DNA of 59,334 nucleotides, filler included, from Myxococcota bacterium (GTDB taxonomy: Bacteria; Myxococcota; Myxococcia; Myxococcales; Myxococcaceae): assembly GCA_049322255.1 (NCBI GenBank). It is 9 parts of 9 records of this genome, joined end to end, with 100 filler letters (N's around TTAATTAATTAA, not from the genome) between each part and the next. Parts side by side here need not be neighbours in the genome. Positions count along the whole stretch, not along the records: positions 27,368 to 33,838 come from JBMORE010000169.1; positions 33,939 to 40,298 come from JBMORE010000171.1; 7 more parts are not named here. One strand, written 5' to 3'. A model generated the notes under the pieces. That model was not told the DNA's origin. It saw only the letters and a program-made list of their open reading frames with translations, and searched no databases. Positions 27,972 through 37,941 of the stretch are shown here, one piece after another. Position 1 is the first letter of the stretch. Every line of letters begins with the position of its first letter. A program made the translations under genes and the position numbers.

Positions 27972-29000
27972 GTGACCACCTACAAGGACGCGGGAGTCGA
28001 CATCGACGCGGGCGACGCGCTGGTCGAGCGCATCAAGCCGCTGGCGGCGAAAACCCGGCGCCCCGAGCTCATCAGCGGCGTCGGCGGCTTCGGCGGGCTC
28101 TTCGGCCTGCCCTCCAAGTACAAAGAGCCGGTGCTCGTCTCCGGCACCGACGGGGTGGGCACCAAGCTCAAGCTCGCCTTCCAGCTCGACCGCCACGACA
28201 CGGTGGGCATCGACTTGGTGGCGATGAGCGTCAACGACGTCGTCACCTGCGGCGCCGAGCCGCTCTTCTTCCTCGATTACTTCGCCACTTCCACGCTCGA
28301 GGTCGACCAGGCGGCGCAGGTGGTGGCAGGCATCGCCCAAGGCTGCGAGCTGGCCGGATGCACCCTGCTCGGAGGAGAGACCGCCGAGCTGCCCGGCTTC
28401 TATGCCGAGAAGGAGTACGACCTCGCCGGCTTCTGCGTGGGCGTGGTGGAAAAGGCGAAGATCATCGACGGCAAATCGATTCGCCCCGGCGACGCGCTGG
28501 TGGGCCTGGCTTCCACCGGGCTGCACTCCAACGGCTACTCGCTGGCGCGCAAGGTGCTCCTCTCCGACCGCAACCTGTCGCTGACGGCCACCCCGCCCGG
28601 CTTCGAGCGGCCGCTGGGAGAGGCGCTGCTCGCTCCGACCCGCATCTACGCCAAGGACATCCTCGCTCTCACCGAGGCTGTGCAGGTGAAAGGCTTGGCG
28701 CACATCACCGGCGGCGGCATCCCCGGCAACCTGCCGCGCTGCCTACCTCCCGGGACGAAGGCGGTGCTCGAAGAGCGCGCCTGGAAACGTTCGGCCCTCT
28801 TCGACTTCATCGCCCAGCTGGGGAACGTTCCCAACGAGGAGATGCTCTCCACCTTCAACATGGGCCTGGGGATGATCGCGGTGGTGCCCGCGGCCGATGC
28901 TCCGGCGGCGATTCGTCTGCTGCAAGCGCGGGGAGTGAGCGCCTGGGAGGTCGGGCGCATCGAGAAGGGCGAGGGCGAGCCCGTGGCGGTCGTGCGGTGA
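27972..29000 (+). CDS. purM: Phosphoribosylformylglycinamidine cyclo-ligase
   Basis: [47 protein letters not shown]. Confidence 0.98.
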   Translation: MTTYKDAGVDIDAGDALVERIKPLAAKTRRPELISGVGGFGGLFGLPSKYKEPVLVSGTDGVGTKLKLAFQLDRHDTVGIDLVAMSVNDVVTCGAEPLFFLDYFATSTLEVDQAAQVVAGIAQGCELAGCTLLGGETAELPGFYAEKEYDLAGFCVGVVEKAKIIDGKSIRPGDALVGLASTGLHSNGYSLARKVLLSDRNLSLTATPPGFERPLGEALLAPTRIYAKDILALTEAVQVKGLAHITGGGIPGNLPRCLPPGTKAVLEERAWKRSALFDFIAQLGNVPNEEMLSTFNMGLGMIAVVPAADAPAAIRLLQARGVSAWEVGRIEKGEGEPVAVVR

Positions 29001-29653
29001 ACGCGCGCCTCCGGGTGGGCGTGCTCGCCTCGGGAAGTGGAACCAACCTCCAGGCGATCCTCGATGCCACGAAGGCCCCCGACTACCCGGCGGAGGTGGT
29101 GGTGGTGATCGCCAACGTCGGCGAAGCCAAGGCCCTCGATCGCGCGCACGCTGCCAAAATTCCCGCGAAGCTCATCGAGCACCGCTCCTTTCCCAGCCGC
29201 GACGCCTTCGAGGCCAAGCTGGTGGAGACGCTGAAGGCGCACCAGGTCGAGCTGGTCTGCCTGGCAGGCTTCATGCGGCTGGTCGGCCCCACCTTCCTGC
29301 GTGCCTTTCCCGGCAAGGTGCTCAACATCCACCCTGCCCTGCTCCCCGCGTTTCCTGGCCTGCACGCCCAACGCCAGGCGATCGCCCGCGGGGTGAAAAT
29401 CTCGGGCTGCACGGTGCACTTCGTCGACGAGGGCACCGACACCGGCCCCATTCTCTTACAGGCCGCGGTGCCGGTGCTCGAGAACGACGACGAAGCCGCC
29501 CTCGCCGCGCGCATCCTCACCCAGGAGCACAAGCTCTACCCGCTGGCGATCCGGCTCTTCGCCCAAGGGCGCGTGCGCCTCGACGGCAAGCGTGTGCACG
29601 TGACGGGCGAGCCGGTGGCGGAAGGGCCGGCGCTCCGCAGCGTGGAGAAGTGA
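28997..29653 (+). CDS. purN: Phosphoribosylglycinamide formyltransferase
   Basis: [45 protein letters not shown] overlaps the purM stop. Confidence 0.97.
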   Translation: MNARLRVGVLASGSGTNLQAILDATKAPDYPAEVVVVIANVGEAKALDRAHAAKIPAKLIEHRSFPSRDAFEAKLVETLKAHQVELVCLAGFMRLVGPTFLRAFPGKVLNIHPALLPAFPGLHAQRQAIARGVKISGCTVHFVDEGTDTGPILLQAAVPVLENDDEAALAARILTQEHKLYPLAIRLFAQGRVRLDGKRVHVTGEPVAEGPALRSVEK

Positions 29654-30159
29654 TGCGACGCAGCCTCGAGGAACGGCTGGCGGCCTTGCGGGAAGCGAAG
29701 GTGGTGCTGGTGAGCGCCTGCCTTTTGGGCGAGCGGTGCCGCTACGATGGGCGCGACGCGGGCTCGAGCGCGGTGGCGAAAGCGCTCGCAGGAAAAGAAG
29801 TCGTCCCTCTCTGTCCCGAGGCCGGCGCCGGGCTGGGCACTCCGCGCCCGCCGGTCGAGCTGTCGGGAGGAGAGGGAAGCGCGGTGCTCGAGGGCCGCGC
29901 GACCGCCCGGGTGAAAGCCAGCGGCGCCGACCGCACCGAGGCGTTCTTGTACGGGGCTCGGCTCGCGCTGACGGCGGCGAAGCGTTTCGAAGCAACGGTG
30001 GCAATCCTCAAAGAACGCAGCCCCTCGTGCGGTAGCCGCTCGGTGTACGTCGACGGGGCGCTGGCAGCGGGCCGAGGGGTCACCACCGCCGCCCTCGAAT
30101 CGGCGGGAGTCATCGTGCTCAGCGACGAAGAGCTCCCTCTCTCCTTGGGAGAGAGATAG
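29650..30159 (+). CDS. DUF523 / 2-thiouracil desulfurase (TudS) family protein
   Basis: SACLLG..CRYDG, CPE..GL.TPR, LKERSPSCG, G.GVT. Confidence 0.92.
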   Translation: MMRRSLEERLAALREAKVVLVSACLLGERCRYDGRDAGSSAVAKALAGKEVVPLCPEAGAGLGTPRPPVELSGGEGSAVLEGRATARVKASGADRTEAFLYGARLALTAAKRFEATVAILKERSPSCGSRSVYVDGALAAGRGVTTAALESAGVIVLSDEELPLSLGER

Positions 30160-30168
30160 GGTGAGGGG
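30135..30168 (-). repeat. REP-like palindrome, copy 3 (overlaps the DUF523 3' end and supplies its stop)
   Basis: Reverse complement is cccctcaccctatctctctcccaaggagagaggg. Confidence 0.75.
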
Positions 30169-30176
30169 CCGTACCC

Positions 30177-31646
30177 ATGCGTCACGTCTACGACGTCATC
30201 GTGCTCGGCGGCCAACTGGGAGGCGCGGTCGCCGCGGCGCTGCTCGCCAAGCGCGGCTACCGGGTGCTCCTGGTCGAGCACGACGGCATGGGGCACGGCT
30301 ACGAGCACGAAGGCTACCTGTTGCCGTACGCGCCCTTCATCGCTCCGCCGCTCAAGGCGATGCCCGCGCTCGAGGAGGCGCTCGTCGAGCTGGGCCTCAA
30401 CACCACGGTTCAGCGCACGCTTCGGCCCAACTCGCCCGACCTCCAGCTTCTTTTGCCCCAGCACCGGCTGGACCTGCACCACGACGAGACCAAGCGCACC
30501 GCCGAGCTGAAGCGCGAATTCGGCGCCGCGGGCAAGCCCATCAACGACAAGCTCGAGGCCGCCGCTGCGCAACATGAAGCGTCCGATGCCTTCTTCAAGG
30601 AAGGCCCGCCGCTTCCACCCTTGGGTTTCTTCCAAGCCTTCGCGCTCAAGCGGCAGATCGGCCGCCATCCGGGACTTTTCTCTCCACCCGGGCTGGAGGG
30701 AGACGAACCCGCCGTTCGGCTCTTGGCGTCGCTCTTGCCCTTCGTGTCTTTCGTCGACGCCCCCCAAGAGCCGCTCGCGCGCGCCCGGCCGATGTCGCAG
30801 GCGCTGCTCGCCCCCAGCCGATTTCCCGGTGGACGCGAGGGGTTGCGCGAGCTGTTCTGTAAGCGCCTGCTCGAGCTGGGAGGAGCGCTTCTGGCGCGCG
30901 AGGGCTCCGAGTCCTCCGTGGCCGAGTCGTTCACCTTCGACGGCAGCAAGCTGGTCGGCCTGAAGGTGGTGCGCTCCGACAACGACTACCGATCGGCCTG
31001 CCTGGTCGCCGCCACCGACTCGGGAGCGCTGCGACGACTCCTGCCCGAAAAGAAGCGACACCGCGCGCTGGCCGAGCAGCTCGACCTCGTCACCACCAAG
31101 CGCTTCCTCTTCACCGTGAACTGGGTGGTGCCAGTGTCGGTCATCCCCAAGGGCATGGGCGAGCTCGCGCTGCTCGACACCGGCGATGGCGAGCTGGGGA
31201 CGCTGCTCGTTCAAGTCTCTCCGGCGCGCAAAGTGGGAGCCAAGTCCGAGGAGGAGGCCGAACGTGTGGTGAGCGCTGGCGCCTTCGTGCCCGCCTCGAC
31301 CCGGGACTTGGGCGAGCCGCACCTCGCGGCGCTGGTGGCACGCATCGGTGCTCACTTGGACGCGCTGATGCCCTTTGCCCTCGAGAAGCGAAAGGTCGAA
31401 TCGGCCCCCTACCTCCACGCCGGAGGGGTGCGCGGCAGCCGGCTGCTCCCCCACCCGCTCTACGAGGTGGACACTGAGCGCCACCTGGGCGTCACCGGCC
31501 TGCCACCGCGCTCGGCGGTGAAGAACCTCTTCCTCGCCAGCCGCGAGGTGCTCCCGGGCTTGGGGCTGGAGGGAGAAGTCCTCGCCGGCACCCAAGCAGC
31601 CCGTTTGGTACAGGAGACCTTGAAAAAGAACGACCCTCTCAGGTAG
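30177..31646 (+). CDS. FAD/NAD(P)-dependent oxidoreductase (phytoene desaturase-like)
   Basis: YDVIVLGG..GG..AA.LLAK.GY.VLLVE N-terminus; NLFLA....PGLG.EG C-terminus. Confidence 0.85.
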   Translation: MRHVYDVIVLGGQLGGAVAAALLAKRGYRVLLVEHDGMGHGYEHEGYLLPYAPFIAPPLKAMPALEEALVELGLNTTVQRTLRPNSPDLQLLLPQHRLDLHHDETKRTAELKREFGAAGKPINDKLEAAAAQHEASDAFFKEGPPLPPLGFFQAFALKRQIGRHPGLFSPPGLEGDEPAVRLLASLLPFVSFVDAPQEPLARARPMSQALLAPSRFPGGREGLRELFCKRLLELGGALLAREGSESSVAESFTFDGSKLVGLKVVRSDNDYRSACLVAATDSGALRRLLPEKKRHRALAEQLDLVTTKRFLFTVNWVVPVSVIPKGMGELALLDTGDGELGTLLVQVSPARKVGAKSEEEAERVVSAGAFVPASTRDLGEPHLAALVARIGAHLDALMPFALEKRKVESAPYLHAGGVRGSRLLPHPLYEVDTERHLGVTGLPPRSAVKNLFLASREVLPGLGLEGEVLAGTQAARLVQETLKKNDPLR

Positions 31647-31679
31647 GGTCCGCCCCCTTTTTCAAGGAGTCTTGCAGTC

Positions 31680-31871
31680 ATGGCCTGGAAGTGTGACATC
31701 TGCGGCAAGCGCCCGCTGGTCGGCAACAACGTCAGCCACGCGAACAACAAGACGAAGACGCGGACGGTGCCGAACCTCCAAAAGGTGCGCGCCAACGTCG
31801 GTGGCCGCACCCAGCGCGTGCTCGCCTGCACCCGGTGCATCAAGGCCGGCAAGGTGATCAAGGCGGCGTGA
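31680..31871 (+). CDS. rpmB: 50S ribosomal protein L28 (Zn-binding form)
   Basis: [27 protein letters not shown]...PNLQ...CTRCIK. Confidence 0.97.
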   Translation: MAWKCDICGKRPLVGNNVSHANNKTKTRTVPNLQKVRANVGGRTQRVLACTRCIKAGKVIKAA

Positions 31872-31875
31872 GCCC

Positions 31876-32793
31876 TTGGGCGAACGTCGCTCTCCGTCGA
31901 CCGAAGCGCTTCACCCCCAGGGCGAAGACCTGGACCTCGCGTCCATTCGCGAGGTGGTGTTCCGCCTTCATCAAGAAGACCTCGCCGCCGTCGAAGCCGT
32001 CGGACGGGTGCTGCCCTCGGTCTCCGAGGCCGCGCAGGCGGCAGCCGATGCTCTACGCACGGGTGGGCGGCTCATCTACGTCGGCGCCGGCACGAGCGGC
32101 CGGCTAGGGGTGCTCGATGCCGCAGAGTGTCCTCCCACCTTCGGCACCCAGCCTGAGCAAGTGGTGGCGCTCATCGCCGGCGGCGAAAAGGCGTTGGTCC
32201 GCGCCGTGGAGGGAGCGGAGGACGATGAGCGCGCCGGTGTCTGGGCCGTCAAGGAGCTGAGGGTCGGAAAGGCCGACTTGGTGGTGGGCATCTCCGCCAG
32301 CTCGGCGACCGCGTACGTCCTGGGCGCGCTCGCGGAGGGGAGGCGGCGCGGGGCGAAGACCGCGCTGGTGTGCTGCAACCGCGAGGCGGCGGAGGAGGTG
32401 GACGTGGACATCCGCGTGCTGCCGCAGACCGGCGCCGAATTGATCGCCGGCTCCACCCGGCTCAAGGCGGGCACCGCGACCAAGCTGGTGCTCAACGCCA
32501 TCTCCACGGCGGCGATGGTTGCACTGGGGAAGGTCTACCGCGGGCGGATGATCGACCTCGTGGCGTCGAACAAGAAGCTGGCGGCGCGCGCCCAGCGCAT
32601 GGTGGCGGAGCTTGCCGGCGTCACCGAGGCAAAGGCCAAGGCGCTGATCGACCACGCGGGAGGAAGGCCGCGTCTTGCTCTGGCCATGCACTGGACCGGG
32701 CTAGACGCCGCCAGCGCACAAAAGGTGCTGAAAAAGCGGACGCTGCGCGAGCTGGAACGCGGTGCGCTGGCGAAGCGTCCAAGGCAAAAATGA
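31876..32793 (+). CDS. murQ: N-acetylmuramic acid 6-phosphate etherase
   Basis: GGRLIYVGAGTSGRLGVLDA.ECPPTF, AVEGAED, GSTRLKAGTA.K..LN. Confidence 0.96.
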   Translation: MGERRSPSTEALHPQGEDLDLASIREVVFRLHQEDLAAVEAVGRVLPSVSEAAQAAADALRTGGRLIYVGAGTSGRLGVLDAAECPPTFGTQPEQVVALIAGGEKALVRAVEGAEDDERAGVWAVKELRVGKADLVVGISASSATAYVLGALAEGRRRGAKTALVCCNREAAEEVDVDIRVLPQTGAELIAGSTRLKAGTATKLVLNAISTAAMVALGKVYRGRMIDLVASNKKLAARAQRMVAELAGVTEAKAKALIDHAGGRPRLALAMHWTGLDAASAQKVLKKRTLRELERGALAKRPRQK

Positions 32794-33515
32794 AATCACA
32801 TTCCACGGCAGCCCTCTTGGTCGCTCTGACTCTGGTGGTGCCACTGCAAGCCGCCGGAACGGAGCCAGAGCGCAAGGAACTGCACGTCTCCTTGCTAAAG
32901 GCGAGCGGGTCGGCGTTCTTCCTGGTCGAGCAGAGCCTCGGGCCCGACGCCGGGTCTGAAAAACACTACCGCCTCCACTTCACGCCCGACGGCACTTACC
33001 AGAACCGCGATGACGGCATCGACCTGTCGGAGGCAATCAAGGCCTCCACCGGTCACGTCTTTCCTTCACCCGAGCACTTGACGAGCATCAGCATCCAGTT
33101 CGTCAGCCCCACCACCGGGTTTCTCTACGGCTACACCACCGGCTATGGCTACTTCCCATTCCTCTATCGAACCGCGGATGCGGGAAAGACCTGGCAGCGA
33201 CTTGCCCTATCCCGTGGAGCAGATCCTCGTTTGCGCCGGAACAACTTCTTCATGTTCGACGACAAGCGGGGGATCGTCCTGACGAATTGGGACGTCTACT
33301 TCATCACCCAGGATGGGGGCGTCACCTGGAGCCAAAGGCAGTTCATGCTCAAACCCGTTCGCAACGGCCACCTCGAGCCCTTCTACACGACGAGTGGACA
33401 GGTGACCGTGGTCATCAGGCACCCGGACTATCCTTCCCGTGACAGCGAGGCACACCGACAGGTGCGCGTGCTTCGCTCCGACGACTTCGGCGCCACGTTT
33501 CGTGAGCTGCGGTAG
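32790..33515 (+). CDS. Secreted protein with BNR/Asp-box repeats
   Basis: ATG overlaps the murQ stop; signal peptide; RTADAGKTW, TQDGGVTW, RSDDFGATF. Confidence 0.8.
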   Translation: MKSHSTAALLVALTLVVPLQAAGTEPERKELHVSLLKASGSAFFLVEQSLGPDAGSEKHYRLHFTPDGTYQNRDDGIDLSEAIKASTGHVFPSPEHLTSISIQFVSPTTGFLYGYTTGYGYFPFLYRTADAGKTWQRLALSRGADPRLRRNNFFMFDDKRGIVLTNWDVYFITQDGGVTWSQRQFMLKPVRNGHLEPFYTTSGQVTVVIRHPDYPSRDSEAHRQVRVLRSDDFGATFRELR

Positions 33516-33551
33516 CAACCCGCTCCCCGCTCTATTGCCTGCCTGCCCACC

Positions 33552-33581
33552 TTGCCGCGGTATACCGCTTGAGGGTATAAA
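33552..33581 (+). promoter_or_regulatory. Sigma70-like promoter with overlapping palindromic operator of higBA
   Basis: TTGCCG-N18-TATAAA; inverted repeat TATACC-N7-GGTATA (33561-33579); the GTG start lies 5 nt after the -10 with no RBS. Confidence 0.6.
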
Positions 33582-33586
33582 CAGTC

Positions 33587-33838
33587 GTGGCCATTCTTGG
33601 CTTCGGCAGTGAGGTGACGCGCCGGTTCTTCCAGACCGGCGAGCTCGACCGGAAGGCTGGTTGGTTCCGACTCTCCAAGGTCGTCGCACGGAAGCTCGAC
33701 ATGGTCCACTACGCCTCTTCGTTGCGTGATCTCTTGAGCCCACCAGCCAACCGGCTGGAGTCCCTCAAGGGTGACCTGAAGGGATTTCATAGTATTCGCG
33801 TCAACGATCAATGGCGGGTGATCTTCCGCTGGACTAAC
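33587..33838 (+). CDS. higB: HigB (RelE/ParE family) toxin, 3' truncated
   Basis: RKL......L.DL..PP.NRLE.LKGDL.G.HSIRVNDQWRV.FRW. Confidence 0.92.
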
Positions 33839-33938
33839 NNNNNNNNNNNNNNNNNNNNNNNNNNNNNNNNNNNNNNNNNNNNTTAATTAATTAANNNNNN
33901 NNNNNNNNNNNNNNNNNNNNNNNNNNNNNNNNNNNNNN
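33839..33938. other. Artificial contig spacer
   Basis: N44-TTAATTAATTAA-N44. Confidence 0.99.
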
Positions 33939-34760
33939 AACTGAGACAGCGCCGTCGCCCCCCACCAGGACTTCGCTGATGGTGAACTCACCAGAGATGC
34001 CGCTATCCGGAACGATTCCGAACTCGCGCCCACCGATGTGTCTTCTCCACAGCAACTGACCGTTATCGGTCACCAATGCAACGTCGACGTACCAAATCCC
34101 CGGAACGCTCAAGTGCGATGCGACCGCTACATATTCGTCATTCGCAGCGAGGCGGTTCATGATGCTCCCGAAATGGTGCGCCTTGAGTTGCCAAACTGGA
34201 GTTCCGTTAGCATCGAATTTGACGAGAGCTCCGCTTGCGATCCAGCCCAGTCCTAGGTCCACGCCACTAAGCCAGATACCCGACAGATAGACGAACCCCG
34301 ACGGAGTCGCTGCTATTCGAGGGTGATAGTACAAACTCTGCCCGATTCTCTTAGGCCAAGCCCGTCGCCATACAGTCAAGCCACCGGGTTGAATCTTGCG
34401 TAGCGAGGTCGACCAACCATCGTGCACGGGAGTGGTGATCGAGTATTGAGGGTCTCGATGCTCTGCGAGGATGAAGATGTTCCCGTCGCCGTCGCGAGCG
34501 AGATCGAGAATCGTTTCTGCGGTATCTGGCTGGGGGAGTTTTCGGAGAAAGGTTCTCGGGAAGGGCCGCCTATGCATTGCACGGCCTCGGTCCTCGGCGG
34601 CTACCGCGATCATCCCTGGCGGTGCCTCGATGCTCTCACCTGGGCTCGTTGAATGGCTTCGACCTTCAGCAGCCACTGCCATCGGGGTCGGAGATGGAGA
34701 TGTTGAATCAACCTTAGGTACGCCCTCGCAGGCAGCAATGAAAAGACCAAGCGCCGTCAC
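33939..34760 (-). CDS. Hypothetical lipoprotein with beta-propeller-like repeats (3' truncated; start uncertain)
   Basis: LFIAAC lipobox; DGDGNIFI, LVKFDANG.PVW, NGQLLW repeats; lower GC and atypical codon use. Confidence 0.6.
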
Positions 34761-34877
34761 GATGTTGAGCGCTGTCCTGGTTGTCCAGTCGTGAACACGA
34801 ACCTGGCCCGCAGGGCCAATTGGTCGGAAAGCTACTTCCGGAGACGATGGCGTTCTCTCTTCAACAAAGGAGGCGTC

Positions 34878-36421
34878 GTGGCCCCCCCCCCGGTTCGCTC
34901 TCATCGCTTTTCTCCTCGCCTCCTCGACCGCAAGTGCTCAAGCGATCTGGGCCGGGGACTTCCGCGACAACAACTTCTATCAGTTCCGGTTTGTGCAATG
35001 TGGGGCCTACGGTGGCAAGGGCTCGTGTCCCTATGATCTCCAGACCGCCAATGTGCCTACTTCGCTCACTGCGATCAACTGCCTGTCTCCAAGCACCGAG
35101 GGGTGCAGGTTCTCGCTGGTGAATCCACCACCCAATGCTAGCGCGTACTCAAGTGACTTTGCTCCCACGGGAACGGCCTTGAAGGTCATCGTCGCCCATA
35201 ATCCCGACCCGATTCAGTTCAACGGCGATTCCGCACCCGACGCCGGCAACCCCTGGGGCGAAAACCACCGCAACGAGCTCAACACTGCGCGAGACATTGG
35301 TGACGAAACAGGCATTTTTCATGGGCAGGACGAAGAGCGCTTCTACGGTTGGAGCACGTACGTGCCCTCGACCTCCGAGTTCGAACCTCCGTCTGGCAGC
35401 GAACCCAAATGGCACATCGTCCAGCAGTTCCATCAGGAGGGCCAATGTGGCTCGCCCTATCTCGCTCTCGGTATCGATCCCGATCCCAGCAACAATGACT
35501 GGCGATTCACGCTCAACACCATCGAGTACTACCCGGGTCCAGCGTTCAACCTATGGACATCAAGCTCCGCTATCGCCCGCGAGCGCTGGTACAACTTCGT
35601 GCTCAGGGTGAAGTGGGCGACGAACCCGTATATTGGCCGGGTGACACTCTGGATCGATGGCGTCCAAGTCTTCGATCAAAACCGCATGACTCTCCTCATC
35701 TTCAATTCCTTGAACTGCCCGGAGGACGGTAGCCAGTCCGGCGTCATGCGCGCCTACATGAAGATGGGGCTCTACCGAGCGAAGCAAGTCGAGAAGGTGG
35801 AGACGATTTACCAGCACGGAATGAAGATGGGGCTCAGCTACGCCGACGTCGATCCGCGCGGCCTCGGGGAGGATTTTGAATTGGGCTTCCCGGTGGGCTG
35901 GAGCAAGGCAAGCCACTGGCGAAGAGTCACCGGCTTGACGCAGTGTGGCCCCGGCCCCGGCGGGAGCGGCATCATGGCCTACAACTACGACCTCTCCAAC
36001 GGCTGCTCCTACACGACCTGGCAATGGTTCCGCGGGCAGAGCTACTCAGTACGAAGCGTCGGCGAGCTCAAGACCAAACCCTTCGCCGTTCCAAGCTCGG
36101 GAGGAAACATCCAGTTCTACCACCGCTCGCAAACCGAGCAGGTCTACGGGTTTGACGTACGAACGGTCTATCTCGACAGCCCCACGGTGGGCCGGACACA
36201 GATTGGGGCAATGGTGCGGACCCAAGGCCCCGAGCAGGCAATTGACTCTCTTCTGCGCCGACCAAGGCTCGCCGGGGGCCCTGGAGACCGCTTCTCTGAG
36301 CGTTCCGTCCGCGTATTGGGGGAAGAACGACGTCTCCGTCGCCTTCGAGCTCGACAGCGTCGACGGTCTCAATAATGGCTATGCAGGCTGGTGGGTAGAT
36401 CAGGTGCGCTTTCTCCCCTAG
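34878..36421 (+). pseudogene. Secreted polysaccharide-lyase-like (heparin lyase I / PF14099-like) protein plus C-terminal module, two +1 frameshifts
   Basis: AAGGAGG RBS and GTG at 34878. A C10 tract (34882-34891) puts the signal peptide FALIAFLLASSTASAQ out of frame. Lyase-like motifs RNEL, YGWS.Y, QQFHQ, WYNFVLRVKW, LWIDG, YMKMGLYR. Second shift at G4 (36205-36208). Confidence 0.75.
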
Positions 36422-37935
36422 GGCAAACAAAACAGCTGGCCGTAGATGCTCACTCCCAAGCCGGCGCGCGTCAGCGCATAACCCATCGCCGCCATGCCAC
36501 CGTCGGCCACTGCCACGGCAGGGTCGGCTCCGGAGACGTAGGTGCGCGTGCCCTGGCTCATCGGGGTGAGCTTGAGCACGCTGGGCTGTCCCAAGCGCTT
36601 GGCGAACAGCTCGCCGTTCTCCGCTTCGATCCAGGACAGGAGCAACCCCGGCCCGGTGTGCACCAGGTCGATTGCCCACGAGCCGCCAATCGCCGGCCCC
36701 GCCTCGATCGCCGGTGACACCATTCCCACCCACGGCGTCGCCTGCAGCGTGGTGCTCAGGTCGGCGTGCACCCAGGCTCCGGCGCTGTTCTCCACCCGGC
36801 CTCCATCCGGATTGGGCAGCGCCACCGAGCGAAGGGTGGTGAACAGTCCTCCGGAGGCTGAGTAGACGACCGGAGCACCTACGGCCGCGAGCGTTTCCAT
36901 GTAGCGCTGATAGGTAACCGTGGGGGCGCCGTCATCGAAGGTGGTCATCCCCACCAGGAAGTCGTTGTCACCCACCGGCGAGACGTGCGCCTTTTGTACG
37001 TGCGGCGCGCCGCCATCGGGAAGCGTGGTCGGGGTGAGCACGGTGGGGTTACGAAAGACGGTGCCATCGGCGTTGAGCACCGCGGCGGTCAAGCGCTCCT
37101 GGAGGCTGACCCACACCACCATCATGAACCGCTGGTCGTAGGCGACCGCCAGGTGAGGAGGACCGAGGGCGTCTTGGTTACTGAAGGCGCGGCGCAGCGG
37201 CCCCTGGCCTCCGTCGGGCAACGGGCTGGGAATGAGGTTGCCCACGAGGTCGACGCGTCCCACCAGGATGCGGGGGACGTTGGCGTTGGTCTGGTCTTTC
37301 CACACCGCCACCCCGCCGTCCCCGAGCCTGGAAATCACCGGGTAGGTCGAGGTCTTGCCCGCGGGGTCGGCGAGCTCGACTTCCGCGCCGCTGCGTGCGA
37401 GCGCCTCGTCGTAGCGCTGGAAGAACACGCTCGGGCCGCCGCCGCGATCGCTGGCGTAGACCGCGCTGTAACCACCCGGGGAGTAGATCCACGAGAAGTG
37501 CTGGGTGTTCTGGTTGGTGGCCGGCGTCACCAGCGGCACTTCGGCCGAGAGGTCGGCGCGGCCGTCACAGTCGTTGTCCAGCCCGTCGCAGACTTCCGCC
37601 GAGGGCGAGCCCGGCGTCCCCTGGCAGTAGCTGGCGTCGGCCTCGCACACCCATACGCCCTGTCGCGCGCAGCTGCCCAGCCCCACCGTGCAAGCCTCTC
37701 CGCTCTGACAGCGCCCGCCGTCGCTTCCTCCTGCATCGCGCTGTCCCCCGTCACCCAAGCCCTGGAAGGGGTCGGGGACGCACAGGCCTTGCACGCACAC
37801 CCGGCCGCCCGCGCAGGGGTGCTCCTCGTCGCAGGCCCGCCCCGCAGGATCTGCAGGATGAACGAAGCACCCCGTACCGAGCACCCACAGCAAGTTGAAG
37901 AGAGCAATGCGCACGCGAAGGCAAGTGTACGTCAC
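36418..37935 (-). CDS. Cys-rich lipoprotein with an EVCDGLDNDCDG putative metal-binding motif
   Basis: LGTGC lipobox; Cys-rich N-terminal modules; beta-rich C-terminal region. Confidence 0.8.
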   Translation of the reverse strand: MTYTCLRVRIALFNLLWVLGTGCFVHPADPAGRACDEEHPCAGGRVCVQGLCVPDPFQGLGDGGQRDAGGSDGGRCQSGEACTVGLGSCARQGVWVCEADASYCQGTPGSPSAEVCDGLDNDCDGRADLSAEVPLVTPATNQNTQHFSWIYSPGGYSAVYASDRGGGPSVFFQRYDEALARSGAEVELADPAGKTSTYPVISRLGDGGVAVWKDQTNANVPRILVGRVDLVGNLIPSPLPDGGQGPLRRAFSNQDALGPPHLAVAYDQRFMMVVWVSLQERLTAAVLNADGTVFRNPTVLTPTTLPDGGAPHVQKAHVSPVGDNDFLVGMTTFDDGAPTVTYQRYMETLAAVGAPVVYSASGGLFTTLRSVALPNPDGGRVENSAGAWVHADLSTTLQATPWVGMVSPAIEAGPAIGGSWAIDLVHTGPGLLLSWIEAENGELFAKRLGQPSVLKLTPMSQGTRTYVSGADPAVAVADGGMAAMGYALTRAGLGVSIYGQLFCLP

Positions 37936-37941
37936 CTTGAG

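Noticed and set aside
27368..36421. Duplicated module as a DGR template/variable repeat pair
   Set aside because: Differences are largely synonymous third-position changes, not adenine-specific, and no reverse transcriptase is visible.
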